DNA from: Bdellovibrionaceae bacterium UBA2316
GTDB lineage: Bacteria > Bdellovibrionota > Bdellovibrionia > Bdellovibrionales > Bdellovibrionaceae
Assembly: GCA_002345205.1 (NCBI GenBank)
Contig: DDVI01000089.1
Coordinates: 11,008-75,007, forward strand
DNA: 64,000 nt
Direction of reading: 5' to 3'
A program made the position numbers and the translations under genes. This document shows positions 63,318-64,000 of the stretch, one piece after another (position 1 is the stretch's first letter; the number at the start of each line of letters is the position of its first letter). The notes beneath the pieces were generated by a model. It ran no database searches. It was not told the origin of the DNA and saw only the letters and a list, made by a program, of their open reading frames with translations.

Positions 63318-64000
63318 TAGTTAACCTCGGGTACGTAGCGGAAGGCTTCCATATCTACGTCGCTTGGCGCTTCATCATGAGCATGTGGTAAATCGCCTTT
63401 CAGCATAACTTTTTCAACTGTTTTACTAATCTCAGGAATATATATTTGGCTTTGAATGCTGACTTTCTTTAACAAAGATAAATCTACTTTCAAACGTTCC
63501 CGAGGAACTTGTGAAATGTCTGTCTTATCAAACAAACCCTGATTTAACTTATTAAATATTGAGTACCCGTGAGTTCGATTCAGAGCGCCCATCCAGTCCA
63601 CAAGCTGGGCATGAGACACGCACCTAACTTCAGGTAACTGGCATACGTCACGGACAAAGCGTTGCAATGCTTTCCAATAAATACCTTTATTCCATAATGA
63701 AAAGTGATGACCAATACTCAATGGCATGCGATTGCCGTAATAATTTTTTAAGAAGGCTTGGATATAGGACATGTGGGTCTGCTTTTCGTAATAGTCTAAT
63801 AACGTCCCATCAATTTCTTTACATTCGCCTGAGTCTTTCGGATTAAAGACTCCATTGCATTGTCCGTAAAGAATATTATAGTCCATCGCCACCGTTTCAC
63901 GTTTCGTACCCGCTAGTGCAATTCTAGATAAACCAACATTCCATAAGTCTGGCGTGTGTTTATACGGCCACTTGCCTTTTAGAACTTGGCTGGCATCGTA
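63317..64000 (-). CDS. Hypothetical protein, C-terminal part (gene continues past the window end)
   Basis: The track ORF starts at GTG 63892. By hand translation the frame stays open upstream to position 64000 (…YDASQVLKGKWPYKHTPDLWNVGLSRIALAGTKRETVAMDYN…), so the gene is partial here. Confidence 0.55.
   Translation of the reverse strand, partial: YDASQVLKGKWPYKHTPDLWNVGLSRIALAGTKRETVAMDYNILYGQCNGVFNPKDSGECKEIDGTLLDYYEKQTHMSYIQAFLKNYYGNRMPLSIGHHFSLWNKGIYWKALQRFVRDVCQLPEVRCVSHAQLVDWMGALNRTHGYSIFNKLNQGLFDKTDISQVPRERLKVDLSLLKKVSIQSQIYIPEISKTVEKVMLKGDLPHAHDEAPSDVDMEAFRYVPEVN

Noticed and set aside
1-64000. I searched for rRNA, tRNA, CRISPR arrays and long dispersed repeats.
   Set aside because: All intergenic gaps are under about 330 nt. 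None shows tRNA-like T-arm/acceptor features or regularly spaced direct repeats by eye. A tRNAscan, Infernal or CRISPR-finder run would be needed to exclude small RNAs formally.

Overview
The window is AT-rich (roughly 40% G+C by eye), very gene-dense, and comes from a Gram-negative bacterium. The gene content (prepilin-type proteins, many secreted proteins of unknown function, GlnRS, a caa3 oxidase) would fit a Bdellovibrionota-like organism, but that is a low-confidence inference. I found no rRNA, tRNA, CRISPR array, transposase or integrase.

Housekeeping blocks:
- A partial membrane protein, then maiA and a lipoprotein.
- A complete caa3-type cytochrome c oxidase operon on the minus strand (cytochrome c, SCO1, coxII, coxI, coxIII, coxIV, heme O synthase; 2434-8355).
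- A lipid-type cluster (alpha/beta hydrolase, FabG-like SDR, an atypical KAS III-like protein, acyl-CoA ligase; 8535-12956).
- secA, trmL, a GcvH-like protein, an EamA transporter, a hybrid histidine kinase, a CDF transporter, an M13 peptidase, an RND pump, glnS, an RluA-family synthase and a clsB/ybhP-like pair (37.1-64 kb).

Between about 13 kb and 37 kb lies an accessory region that is the main point of interest.
1. A tightly overlapping, co-directional operon (14049-26843) and a neighbouring divergent unit (28858-31832) together encode eight radical-SAM enzymes. Four are full SPASM-type, three are degenerate-SPASM paralogues, and one is B12-binding. The locus also carries two 2OG-Fe(II)-oxygenase-like proteins, two pairs of paralogous unknown proteins, and a compositionally aberrant 202-aa ORF embedded among the rSAM genes. 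That ORF is Lys-poor, Arg-rich, locally GC-rich, and ends in CHASCHSSCHGARGRR. I read this as a large, apparently undescribed rSAM-driven peptide or protein maturation system.
2. Immediately downstream (33440-37108), three tandem paralogues fuse a type IV prepilin N-terminus and a disulfide-containing pilin-like head to a C-terminal phage tail-fibre-type autocleaving intramolecular chaperone (peptidase S74-like) domain.

All functional calls come from motifs read directly in the supplied translations plus recalled family knowledge. No database search was run.
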